Virus record (IMG/VR): IMGVR_UViG_3300032257_000049
Coordinates: 1-38,924 of that record
Source: a virus
Taxonomy: Duplodnaviria > Caudoviricetes
Length of the DNA: 38,924 bases
Strand: one strand, 5' to 3'
Shown here: one piece after another, positions 1 through 8,323 of the stretch
Position numbering within the stretch: the first letter of the stretch is position 1
Layout of the letters: each line of letters begins with the position of its first letter
Translations under genes and position numbers: made by a program
The notes under the pieces: model-generated
The model's database searches: none
What the model was told of the DNA's origin: nothing
Seen by the model: only the letters and a program-made list of their open reading frames with translations

Positions 1-834
1 AAACAGTTAGTCAATAAAATTGGCGTGCTGAATATTGAACTGAAAAAAGCCCGTGATGCATTAGGGGTTACAGGTAACGAGCCTGAATCATCAGACGGTC
101 CATCTCGGCAAGAATCGGACGCGCAAAAAGCACTAGAGGCACAGGCACATCAAAACCGCATGGCCGAGTCATTGGCGCGGTTGCACAATGAAAACCGTTT
201 GCAGGTTGTCAAAGAAGGTGCTGACCAGGAAGCACATATAAAGCGCCAGGGTCATGCACAAATGTTGCTGGATACAGAAGCAGCAGAGCGCACGGCAGCA
301 CAAAATTCACAGGCAGCATTGATGCAGCGTGTGGGCTATATGCAACAAATCATGGGCAACCTGTCCAGCTTGATGGGTTCCAAAAATGAACGTTTATGGC
401 GTTTAGGAAAAGCGGCGGCGTTAAGTGGTGCCATCATCAACACGTCTTTGGCTGTCACCAAAACCATGACAACCGTGCCTTATCCCTGGAACATTCCCCT
501 GGCCGTTGCGCAAGGCGCGGCAGGTTTGGTTCAGGTGGCAAATATTCGATCCCAACAATTTAGCGGCGCGCGTGAACACGGTGGTCCGGTCTCGGCAGGG
601 TCGTTGTATAAAGTGAATGACGGCGCGGGCAACGACATTGAATTGTTCAGGCCAAATTCATCAGGCCGGATTCTTAACAACAAAACAGTGAACAACAATG
701 GTGGTGAAAATAATTTCAACATGACCGTTGTGTTGGCACCTGATAGTCAGATTGAAAGCTGGTATCAACAAAACAAAGCCACGGTTTTTAATGGGTTTGT
801 AGACATGCTGAATGAGAGCGGCAGAACCATTTAA
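1..834 (+). CDS. Tape measure protein, C-terminal part (continues 38036..38924)
   Basis: Open from nt 1 (KQLVNKIG...); Ala/Gln-rich helical region, then the typical TMP C-terminal GAREHGGPV...YKVND...ELFRP motif. Confidence 0.9.
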   Translation, partial: KQLVNKIGVLNIELKKARDALGVTGNEPESSDGPSRQESDAQKALEAQAHQNRMAESLARLHNENRLQVVKEGADQEAHIKRQGHAQMLLDTEAAERTAAQNSQAALMQRVGYMQQIMGNLSSLMGSKNERLWRLGKAAALSGAIINTSLAVTKTMTTVPYPWNIPLAVAQGAAGLVQVANIRSQQFSGAREHGGPVSAGSLYKVNDGAGNDIELFRPNSSGRILNNKTVNNNGGENNFNMTVVLAPDSQIESWYQQNKATVFNGFVDMLNESGRTI

Positions 835-879
835 ACCGGCTGTATTTTTTTTATTTTTTTTTGAGTTTTATGAGGTGTT

Positions 880-1488
880 ATGAGCGGTCAATTTCCGGTG
901 TCTCCTGGGCCTAAAGATATTGAATGGGAATCTTTTCAGCCGGTCTTTTCAAAAACGTCCAGCAGCGGGCGACGTCATGCCAGAAAACTGGCAGGGCATT
1001 TATGGCGTCTGGTGTTGAATTTTGATTTGATGCGTCAATCTCAAGCCGCTCCCTTCATGGCATTTTATTTAAAAAATGATGCCTCTGAAAAATTTTATTA
1101 TCAGTGGCCGCGTGATAATAAAGGTGTTGGCTTAACGTCAGAAACCACGGCGGCTATTGATGCGGTTGGTGGTGTGGTTGCGGGTTCCGCCTCGTTTGTC
1201 ATTAAAAACTTAACGCCTAACGTTGTTGGAAAATTCAAAGCCGGTGACTGGATCAACATTGCGTCAACAGAAAAAGTTCACATGATCGTTGATGATGCTG
1301 ACACGGACGCACTGGGAAAAGTCACCGTGACCGTGAAGCCTGAAACCATTGACGCGTTCACTGATAATGATTCAGTGACAGTCAACAAACCAAACTTCAG
1401 CGTGTCGTTCATTGGTCCTGTTCATAAATTCAAAACGGGTTCTGATGGCGTGTATAGAATTGAAGCTAATCTTGAGGAAAGTCTCTGA
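880..1488 (+). CDS. Distal tail / minor tail protein
   Basis: 202 aa directly after TMP; SSSGRRHARKLAGHLWRLVL resembles Dit-like proteins; RBS GAGG. Confidence 0.7.
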   Translation: MSGQFPVSPGPKDIEWESFQPVFSKTSSSGRRHARKLAGHLWRLVLNFDLMRQSQAAPFMAFYLKNDASEKFYYQWPRDNKGVGLTSETTAAIDAVGGVVAGSASFVIKNLTPNVVGKFKAGDWINIASTEKVHMIVDDADTDALGKVTVTVKPETIDAFTDNDSVTVNKPNFSVSFIGPVHKFKTGSDGVYRIEANLEESL

Positions 1489-4400
1489 TGGCGCGTGGAT
1501 TTAGTTCAGAGGCTTTAACCGCACTTGCTAATGGTGCGACCACTTACCGGCTGGCGAAGTTCAATTTTTCAGTGCCGCTTTTTTTTACCACGGCGCAACG
1601 AAAAATATTATTCAATGGTGATGAATATATTCACAGCCCGATTCTGGGTGATCTGCCAACATTTACTGATTTGCTGGACATGGCACCTGGGTATATTGAT
1701 ATTCCTATGTCAGGCGTGTCACTGGCTGAACACGGTCTGGTTGAAACTGAAGATTATTTAAACAAAGAAGTCACGGTTTATTTGTACATTGAAGGCGTTG
1801 ATGAAGCGCAGATTATTTGGGAAGGCTACATTCAAAATGCGCCGTCTAAAGAAAATTGGAAAACCGGCAAAACATCTATAAATTGGAAATGCGCCAGCCA
1901 CTGGGCAAACTGGCAGCAGAAAAAAGGCCGCATATTATCACTGGAAGGTCAGCAGCAAACCAGCGGCAACCCCAATGATTTGTTTTTTGAATATATCGGT
2001 GTCACTGATGACCGGCTTGATGACTGGGAGGACGTGAATCAGGGGCTGACGGGTAACGCACTGATTGATGGTGTGGTTGATGCCGGTGTGGGTATTTTGG
2101 AAGCCGGTGTTGATCTGGTAGAAAACGTCTTTGACGGCTTAAGTAATTTATTTGGCGGCGGTGGCGGTGGCGGTCAAACGATAGCCAAAAAAGAAGCGGC
2201 TTACAACCTGATCAAATACCCGTCTGAATTTCGACGTCTGCCGGTGCTGTATGGCACCACTCGAACTAAAGGCATTCCGACGTTTCGACGTGTTGATGAA
2301 AATAACCAGGAACATTTATACGTGGTTTATTCATTGTCTGAAGGTGAATGTGATTCATTGGTGGATATTACATTTAAAAATGATGAACCCTACACCACCG
2401 GCACTTATTCAGGCATTGTGTCCGTGGTGGGTTTTTATTCAGGCGCGGCCACTCAGGTGGCTGACCCCACACTGATAGAAAAATTTCCAACGTTATGGAC
2501 GGCGAATCATACTGGTGATGGTGTTTGTTATATTGTTCTAAGATATACAAAGGATGAAACATGGTCTGGTGAACCAAAGCCTGCTTTTGTTGTTAAAGGC
2601 AAAAAACTTTATGATCCCAGAACCACGTTCACACAATGGTCAGCAAATTGTGCCCTGGTGGTTTATGATCTGGCAACAAACCTGATCTATGGTAAAGGAT
2701 TACCGGCCAGTAAAATTAATATCCCTGCTATCAACGCAGGGGCTGACCGCTGTGATGAACAAATCACGGACCATGACGGCACCGGCACGGGTGACAATTC
2801 TGAAACACCTGTCAGCATAAATCGTTATGAAGTGAACGGTGCTATGTCAACCGATAACGCCGTGATTGATAACATGAGAAAAGCGCTGTTCAATATGCGT
2901 GCTTATTTACCGCGTTATTCTGGCCAGCATCATTTGATTTTGCAGCAACCCAATGAACCGGTTGTTTACACGTTAGATGAAAGCAACACGGAAGGTGAAT
3001 TTTCTGTCATGCCGTTGTCAGCGACCGATAAAAACAACGTCATTTATTATGAGATTATTGACCCGCGTATTAATTATAGAAAAGCTAATTTTCAAATTGA
3101 TAACCCAGTTTACCTGACGCAGGACAACGGTATTGAATCAAGTAATGTTGTTAATAATATTTTTGAAAATAACCGATACAGAGCATTGCGCCACGGTGAT
3201 ATGATTCTGGATTCTGGCCGTACTAAAATACGTGTTGAAGATTCCTGTATAAAAGGTGATGCAGTTAATCTGACCGTTGGCAGTATTGTTGCTATTAACC
3301 GGATTCAGAAAGGCTGGATCAATAAACCGTTTCGAGTCATGAAAACGTCATTAGATAAAAATAACGTTGTGAAATTATTTTTGGAAGGTTACGTCAGCGA
3401 CAATCATGACGCGACATTGCCAAAAGAAAGAGTTCCCGCGAATGATAGTATTTTATACAGCCCGCTCAATGTTGAAGCGGTCACAGATATTGCGTTTACA
3501 TCAGGCACGTCAACGTTATTAAAGTTAGGTGACGGCACGATTATTTCACGCATTAAAGGTGTCATTGCCGTGCCTGCTGATGTGTATATCACTGGGTATA
3601 TTGTTGAGTATAAAAAAACAAGTGAAACTAATTACAGCACCCTGACCACGTTATATGGTCGCACTAATAATGAATTCATTATTGCACCGGCTGAAGACGG
3701 GCAAAGCTATACCGTCAAGGTCACGGCGTTTAATTCATTTTCAAGAAAGTCTGCACCCTTCACAAAAGCGCATGTGGTGGTGGGTAAAACGCAAGCCCCT
3801 GGATCGCCGTCAGGTTTGTCAGCGTTGTCTGGTGTCAACGCGGTGCATCTTGACTGGATCAATCCAACTGATCTGGATTTCTCGCACGTTGAAATTCATG
3901 CGGCCAGCACTAACAATTTTACGTTGTCAGCGATTGTGGGCACGGATAAAGGCGGTGAAGAAAGCGGTGTGAAAGTGGGCGCGTTCACGCACCCCACCAC
4001 GGCCAACAAATACTATTGGTTAATCGCCAGAGACACCACCGGCAACGGTTCTGATATTTTTCCCGTCAACCCGATTGGCGGTGTGCTGGGTTCACCAAAT
4101 CCGGTGGCGGCGGGTGATTTGTCAGGGTCTGTTGATTACAGCACGCAAGTGGGCGGGTCAACAAAACCAGATGATAATGCCACGGTGGGTTCAATGGCTG
4201 ATGTGGACATGTTTGATTCATCCGGCAATTTGATTGATACGGTGGATTATTTTTCAAACCCTGGTCTTTATTACCGGATTGATTATTTAACACTGGATGG
4301 TTTTTTATCAACCAATACAACACTGGATGAAGACGGTGTTCTGGTGTCGTCAACCAATACCAGCACCACGCAATATTTTGTCAAACCAGTTAGCGCCCGT

Positions 4401-4838
4401 GTGGTGCCGATTAATTTTGACAAAAAGATGGGGTTTAAAACGCGGGTAATATTTGACGGTTTAACTTCTGTTAATGATGGCTATATCGGCATAGGAAACC
4501 GCTATTCAGCGCTGGGTGGTTTCGGTATGGTGTTTGATTACGCTGGCGGGCAGTGCAGGGCGGGTGTGTGGAAAAGAACCAGCACGGCGTTATATACGTC
4601 AGCTTATTCAACCACTTTTGCAAACGGGGATGATCTGACTATTATTTGCGTGCGTGATGGCACTGTGATTACCCTGACCGTAATCAATAACACCACTGAC
4701 GTGACAACCACGATTGTTTATGATCAAGCGTCAATAATTACGGGTTCAACGGACTATGAGCAGAGTGTTTACATGCCGACATATTCAGCCACTGCCGCGC
4801 TTTTATTTAATGAATGGTATGTTTTCCAGGCACCTTAA
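1488..4838 (+). CDS. Tail tip / host-specificity protein (hub + gpJ-like + FN3 + C-terminal receptor-binding region)
   Basis: 1116 aa; LPVLYG, LSEGE, VKGKKLYDPR, WSANCAL motifs of J-like proteins; FN3-like region near aa 700-860. Confidence 0.85.
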   Translation: MARGFSSEALTALANGATTYRLAKFNFSVPLFFTTAQRKILFNGDEYIHSPILGDLPTFTDLLDMAPGYIDIPMSGVSLAEHGLVETEDYLNKEVTVYLYIEGVDEAQIIWEGYIQNAPSKENWKTGKTSINWKCASHWANWQQKKGRILSLEGQQQTSGNPNDLFFEYIGVTDDRLDDWEDVNQGLTGNALIDGVVDAGVGILEAGVDLVENVFDGLSNLFGGGGGGGQTIAKKEAAYNLIKYPSEFRRLPVLYGTTRTKGIPTFRRVDENNQEHLYVVYSLSEGECDSLVDITFKNDEPYTTGTYSGIVSVVGFYSGAATQVADPTLIEKFPTLWTANHTGDGVCYIVLRYTKDETWSGEPKPAFVVKGKKLYDPRTTFTQWSANCALVVYDLATNLIYGKGLPASKINIPAINAGADRCDEQITDHDGTGTGDNSETPVSINRYEVNGAMSTDNAVIDNMRKALFNMRAYLPRYSGQHHLILQQPNEPVVYTLDESNTEGEFSVMPLSATDKNNVIYYEIIDPRINYRKANFQIDNPVYLTQDNGIESSNVVNNIFENNRYRALRHGDMILDSGRTKIRVEDSCIKGDAVNLTVGSIVAINRIQKGWINKPFRVMKTSLDKNNVVKLFLEGYVSDNHDATLPKERVPANDSILYSPLNVEAVTDIAFTSGTSTLLKLGDGTIISRIKGVIAVPADVYITGYIVEYKKTSETNYSTLTTLYGRTNNEFIIAPAEDGQSYTVKVTAFNSFSRKSAPFTKAHVVVGKTQAPGSPSGLSALSGVNAVHLDWINPTDLDFSHVEIHAASTNNFTLSAIVGTDKGGEESGVKVGAFTHPTTANKYYWLIARDTTGNGSDIFPVNPIGGVLGSPNPVAAGDLSGSVDYSTQVGGSTKPDDNATVGSMADVDMFDSSGNLIDTVDYFSNPGLYYRIDYLTLDGFLSTNTTLDEDGVLVSSTNTSTTQYFVKPVSARVVPINFDKKMGFKTRVIFDGLTSVNDGYIGIGNRYSALGGFGMVFDYAGGQCRAGVWKRTSTALYTSAYSTTFANGDDLTIICVRDGTVITLTVINNTTDVTTTIVYDQASIITGSTDYEQSVYMPTYSATAALLFNEWYVFQAP

Positions 4839-4840
4839 AT

Positions 4841-5278
4841 ATGATAATTAACAAAAATGCAGATATACCAGTTGACGCTGTTATTGTCAGAGAGGTTGAA
4901 AACGGCTTTGATGTGACATTAAAAACTGATGCAAAGGGTCAGCTATTTATGCTGGATGATTTGCGTGTGCAAGCGGTGATGAAAAGTGAAAAGCAATATC
5001 AAAAGTCGTTAAAAAAACCGTTTGTTTCGGGTGGCTTTGAATATTCCGCTGATCCTGAAGACATTCAAGATTTAGCAAACGCAGTGATGACCGGAACCGG
5101 TCAAGAGTTCAAAACCGTTGATGGTGTGATCAGGCAATATACAGCGCCGGAAATTAAACAAGTTTTAATTGATGCCACGGCAATCAAGCTGGCGTTGGTA
5201 AAAAAAAGGGATCAGCAAAAGGCGGCCATTGTTGCCGCCACAACTGAGGCTGAAATTAATCAGGCGTTAGCTATTTAA
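4841..5278 (+). CDS. Tail fibre assembly-type protein (DUF4376-like)
   Basis: Follows tail tip; GFEYSAD and a C-terminal KAAIVAATTEAEI pattern typical of this family. Confidence 0.6.
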   Translation: MIINKNADIPVDAVIVREVENGFDVTLKTDAKGQLFMLDDLRVQAVMKSEKQYQKSLKKPFVSGGFEYSADPEDIQDLANAVMTGTGQEFKTVDGVIRQYTAPEIKQVLIDATAIKLALVKKRDQQKAAIVAATTEAEINQALAI

Positions 5279-5748
5279 ACACACAGCTCAAAATAAGCGG
5301 ATATATGTTCAGGGGATGACCAGCCAGTGAGCTGTTTTAAGATGTGGTGAACCAGTTCATGTTTTAACGCGGTGCTGGTCAGGGTGATGTGATACGGGCT
5401 GGATTTGTCCAATAAAACAATCAAGCTGGGGTTTGAATAATGCTGGGCTTCTTTGTTGGTGTTGCCAATTTGATGCACACTGACCACCATTAAATTAATC
5501 GGAAAACTGACGTCAGCGGGATTGGCAGGGGTGGTTGATTGGCCTTTGCTTTGTATGCAGTTATAGACCTGCAAAAACATTTTATTTAAAAATTCATCGG
5601 TCAATGCGTTTTCAGCATAGCCGTCATTGCGGTATTCAATCCCTAAATCTGTGATCCGGTCATAGTCATAACCATAGCCGTGGTTGTTTGTATCTATATC
5701 ACAGCCAGTGCCCATCAGGATCAGTATAACCAGCATTAAGTGTTTCAT
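5275..5748 (-). CDS. Predicted lipoprotein with HEXXH zinc-metallopeptidase motif
   Basis: MKHLMLVILILMGTG-C lipoprotein signal; ALKHELVHH motif; antisense to tail operon. Confidence 0.65.
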   Translation of the reverse strand: MKHLMLVILILMGTGCDIDTNNHGYGYDYDRITDLGIEYRNDGYAENALTDEFLNKMFLQVYNCIQSKGQSTTPANPADVSFPINLMVVSVHQIGNTNKEAQHYSNPSLIVLLDKSSPYHITLTSTALKHELVHHILKQLTGWSSPEHISAYFELCV

Positions 5749-5935
5749 TGTTCGTGTCCATTCATTGAAGTGTTAAATCATCATAGCGCGGCCATCTGGC
5801 CGTTTGTATGAAGCACGGTCTTCAGTATAAGTACACGTTTTAGTTGAATCAATCGCTTTGGTCGAATCGGACATGATACGGACGGTCAAAGATTATTACT
5901 GTTTATTTTTTTTACACAACCAAAGGGAAAGCGGC

Positions 5936-6271
5936 ATGAAGTTAATTTATTTAATAGGGTTAGGGGTGTTTATTTTTTATATTGCCTGGGTGCATTATCT
6001 GGCTATCATGAACCTGAAAGTCAACAAAGAGTATTTGTCAGAGCGGGTTAAAAAGCTGGCCAAGCCGGTGGTGTTTATTGGTTCGTTGTCCAATGTGCTG
6101 TTTAATTTTACAGTGGCTATTGTGTTGTTTCGTGAGCGGCCCCATGAATGGTTTTTCACACACCGTTGTCAGCGCCATCAGAGAGAATCAAGCGGCTGGC
6201 GATTGCAGCGCGCAAACTGGTGGTGTGCAAATATTTTGAACCCGTTTGATGTGAAGCGCGTGCATTGTTAG
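5936..6271 (+). CDS. Phage membrane protein of unknown function
   Basis: RBS AAGGGA before ATG 5936; two hydrophobic segments; C-terminal LNPFD..HC motif seen in genes after tail fibres. Confidence 0.6.
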   Translation: MKLIYLIGLGVFIFYIAWVHYLAIMNLKVNKEYLSERVKKLAKPVVFIGSLSNVLFNFTVAIVLFRERPHEWFFTHRCQRHQRESSGWRLQRANWWCANILNPFDVKRVHC

Positions 6272-6504
6272 GGCTTGTCAAAAAATAAGTCACCGGTCAG
6301 CCGCAAGGTGCTGATGCGTCTTGTGGCTTCAGAACAGGGTTCAATTTTATCTGTGGGTATGTGTGACCTGACAACCGATAAATCAATGTCACCGGTTTTA
6401 TATTCCATCAATCCCGCTTCAATAGAAGCTGCGGCCTGTGACAACGTTGCTGCTGTCTCTCTTAAAAGCTGTGCATAGTCCGGTTTGTTAGGCATGTTAT
6501 TCAC
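6268..6504 (-). CDS. Small hypothetical protein downstream of the Aca1/KorC-like gene
   Basis: 78-aa ORF, co-oriented with the accessory operon. Confidence 0.5.
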   Translation of the reverse strand: MNNMPNKPDYAQLLRETAATLSQAAASIEAGLMEYKTGDIDLSVVRSHIPTDKIEPCSEATRRISTLRLTGDLFFDKP

Positions 6505-6528
6505 TCTATTTTTGTTGGTGTTCTATGC

Positions 6529-6567
6529 GCGCCGCAGCCGCGCCTTCAGCAGTCCGGTTTATTTTTC
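6529..6567 (-). repeat. 39-bp repeat, copy A (inverted relative to 7502-7540)
   Basis: Reverse complement GAAAAATAAACCGGACTGCTGAAGGCGCGGCTGCGGCGC matches 7502-7540 at 37/39. Confidence 0.95.
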
Positions 6568-6908
6568 ATGATGCTTTTCAGTCCGTCACGCGCCGTCACC
6601 ACTCCTGCATAAATCAGCAATAAGCGCCACGCTGAATAAGGGATGGGCCGGTGTTCTTTTTCACCTTTGGCACTTTTCCATTTTCGGATTGTGCTTGATC
6701 CTTTTTTTGGGTTCCAGCTAACCCCCACCAGCTTGGCCGCGTCATTTTGTGACCAGCCTGCTAGATTGATTAATTGCCCCACCATTGCAGGTTCTGGCGG
6801 CAAATAGTTTTCATCAGTAAAAGGCAGCGCGCAACGCAGTTGTTCAAAGCCTGCCAGTGCCAGCGGCATGACTTCAGGTTTTTGATAATGGGCAGCGGTT
6901 TCATTCAT
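6546..6908 (-). CDS. Aca1/KorC-like HTH transcriptional repressor
   Basis: PEPAMVGQLINLAGWSQNDAAKLVG...TIRKW...RPIPYSAWRLL resembles IncP KorC (PIPYAAW) and Aca1 (AGISQRRAAELLG...RPAPY). Confidence 0.75.
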   Translation of the reverse strand: MNETAAHYQKPEVMPLALAGFEQLRCALPFTDENYLPPEPAMVGQLINLAGWSQNDAAKLVGVSWNPKKGSSTIRKWKSAKGEKEHRPIPYSAWRLLLIYAGVVTARDGLKSIMKNKPDC

Positions 6909-6925
6909 GGGTGTGGCTCCTGTTG

Positions 6926-6945
6926 GGGGCTGGCGGTCCAGCCCC
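6926..6945. other. GC-rich intergenic hairpin between radC-like and Aca/KorC-like genes
   Basis: GGGGCTGG-CGGT-CCAGCCCC. Confidence 0.7.
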
Positions 6946-6952
6946 GTGTTTG

Positions 6953-7399
6953 TTATAAAAGCCCGCGTTCAGCAAAAGACAGGGTATCATCAATGCCAAC
7001 AATCACATGATCAATCACCCGAACGTCAACCAATTCAAGTGCGTTTTTAATGCGGCTGGTGATGCGTTCATCAGCACTTGAGGGTGACACATCACCACTG
7101 GGGTGATTGTGCGTCAGGATCACAGCAGCGGCGTTTTGTTGTAGGGCTTCTTTAACGATTTCACGCGGGTAAACACTCGCGCCGTCAATGGTGCCTCTGA
7201 ACATTTCTTTTAAGCTGATTAAGCGGTGGCGGTTATTTAAAAACATGATTGAAAAAACTTCATGTTCAAGCCCTGCAAATCGTGTCAGTAAATAATCTTT
7301 AACAATTGCAGGGTTTTCAAAAAATTCATTCTGGTTAAGGTGGCCTTTTAAAATGGCTTTGGCTTGGTTGATGATCTTTTTTTCTTCTTTTGTGAACAT
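6953..7399 (-). CDS. radC: RadC-family JAB/MPN domain protein (short mobile-element form)
   Basis: EHEVF...FRGTIDGASVYPREIVKEAL...HNHPSGDVSPSSAD...DHVIVG...SFAERGLL. Confidence 0.92.
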   Translation of the reverse strand: MFTKEEKKIINQAKAILKGHLNQNEFFENPAIVKDYLLTRFAGLEHEVFSIMFLNNRHRLISLKEMFRGTIDGASVYPREIVKEALQQNAAAVILTHNHPSGDVSPSSADERITSRIKNALELVDVRVIDHVIVGIDDTLSFAERGLL

Positions 7400-7449
7400 G
7401 GTGTTTGCCTGTTGTTATTGGCTGGGCGGTTTGCCTTGCCGTTATGATT

Positions 7450-7478
7450 AATATACGCCACAGCGGGGCGGGTGTCAA
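7450..7478 (-). promoter_or_regulatory. Strong sigma70 promoter for radC-aca/korC with palindromic operator in the spacer
   Basis: Minus strand TTGACA-CCCGCCCCGCTGTGGCG (17)-TATATT. Confidence 0.85.
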
Positions 7479-7501
7479 CCCTGTGACACACTTTTTTTAA
7501 A

Positions 7502-7540
7502 GAAAAATAAACCGGTCTGCTGAAGGCGCGGCTGTGGCGC
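7502..7540 (+). repeat. 39-bp repeat, copy B (upstream of the radC promoter)
   Basis: GAAAAATAAACCGGTCTGCTGAAGGCGCGGCTGTGGCGC. Confidence 0.95.
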
Positions 7541-7560
7541 TGATATAACAGAAAATAAAT

Positions 7561-7833
7561 TTATGATTTATGGTGAAAGTGATTATCAATGGCCGTGGCA
7601 TAATCACGCGCGAGTTCTTGCGCGGCCTGATCATCACTATCAGCCACCGCTTCAAAGGCGGCGGTTAGATTCTGAAGCACGCCACGATCAGACAGGGCGG
7701 CATTGGCCAGCTGAACTGGGTCCTGCCCATAATTGCAGGGCACGTTTAGTTTTTCCAGAGCCGCCCTTGCTGCATGGCCTAGCGATTTATGCACACTGAT
7801 ACTTTGATCAGCGCCGTCTATAAAAAAATACAT
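7561..7833 (-). CDS. Small hypothetical protein (candidate anti-defence)
   Basis: 90 aa, RBS AAGGTGA, directly downstream of the ardC-like gene. Confidence 0.7.
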   Translation of the reverse strand: MYFFIDGADQSISVHKSLGHAARAALEKLNVPCNYGQDPVQLANAALSDRGVLQNLTAAFEAVADSDDQAAQELARDYATAIDNHFHHKS

Positions 7834-7858
7834 GGTGTCACCTTTGAAGGCTGGGAAA

Positions 7859-7878
7859 GCGGGGCCGGTTGGCCCCGC
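7859..7878. other. GC-rich intergenic hairpin
   Basis: GCGGGGCC-GGTT-GGCCCCGC between the ardC-like gene and the next ORF. Confidence 0.7.
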
Positions 7879-7884
7879 GTTTCG

Positions 7885-8175
7885 TTAAATGGTTTCGGTG
7901 TGGTCCTCATTAAAAACATACAGCGCTTTTAATACTTTTTTCTTTTTGTCTTCACCTGTTTTGTCGTCACTGTTTTTGTCATCTTTTTTCTTTTCGCATA
8001 CCATGAAAATCTTGCAACCCTTAGCGCCTTTTTTAACTTTACGACCTTTTTCTTTCCACTGTTTGAAACCGGCCCAGGCATCTGATTCTAGGTCATAGGC
8101 TTCTTTGTGTTCTTCTAAGTGCTGTTGATTGTTAGCTGAATAAATTGCATTGGTTACAGTGTTGAAGTTGTCCAT
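7885..8175 (-). CDS. ArdC-like N-terminal ssDNA-binding domain protein (stand-alone)
   Basis: NTVTNAIYSANN...WAGFKQWKEKGRKVKKGAKGCKI...LYVFNEDHTE matches ArdC-N/DUF1738; RBS AAAGGTGA. Confidence 0.8.
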   Translation of the reverse strand: MDNFNTVTNAIYSANNQQHLEEHKEAYDLESDAWAGFKQWKEKGRKVKKGAKGCKIFMVCEKKKDDKNSDDKTGEDKKKKVLKALYVFNEDHTETI

Positions 8176-8227
8176 TTTTTATCACCTTTCTGATTTAGGT
8201 CAGAGCCATTCCCTAACCGTTGAAAGA

Positions 8228-8257
8228 ATTATAACCCCCCAGTGGGGCGGCTGTCAA
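8228..8257 (-). promoter_or_regulatory. Consensus sigma70 promoter for the ardC-like operon with the same spacer operator
   Basis: Minus strand TTGACA-GCCGCCCCACTGGGGGGT (18)-TATAAT. Confidence 0.85.
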
Positions 8258-8302
8258 CTAATAATAGTGATTATTTTCATTTATTTTTTTTCATCCAAAC
8301 TA

Positions 8303-8323
8303 CTGAAGGCGCGGCTGTGGCGC
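8303..8323 (+). repeat. Partial repeat copy C (21 bp)
   Basis: CTGAAGGCGCGGCTGTGGCGC identical to 7520-7540, at a similar distance upstream of the -35. Confidence 0.9.

Noticed and set aside
1525-4353. Short alternative-frame ORFs inside the tail tip gene (and similar ones inside int, primase, TerL, portal, capsid and TMP)
   Set aside because: Shadow ORFs overlapping well-supported genes, with no recognisable motifs
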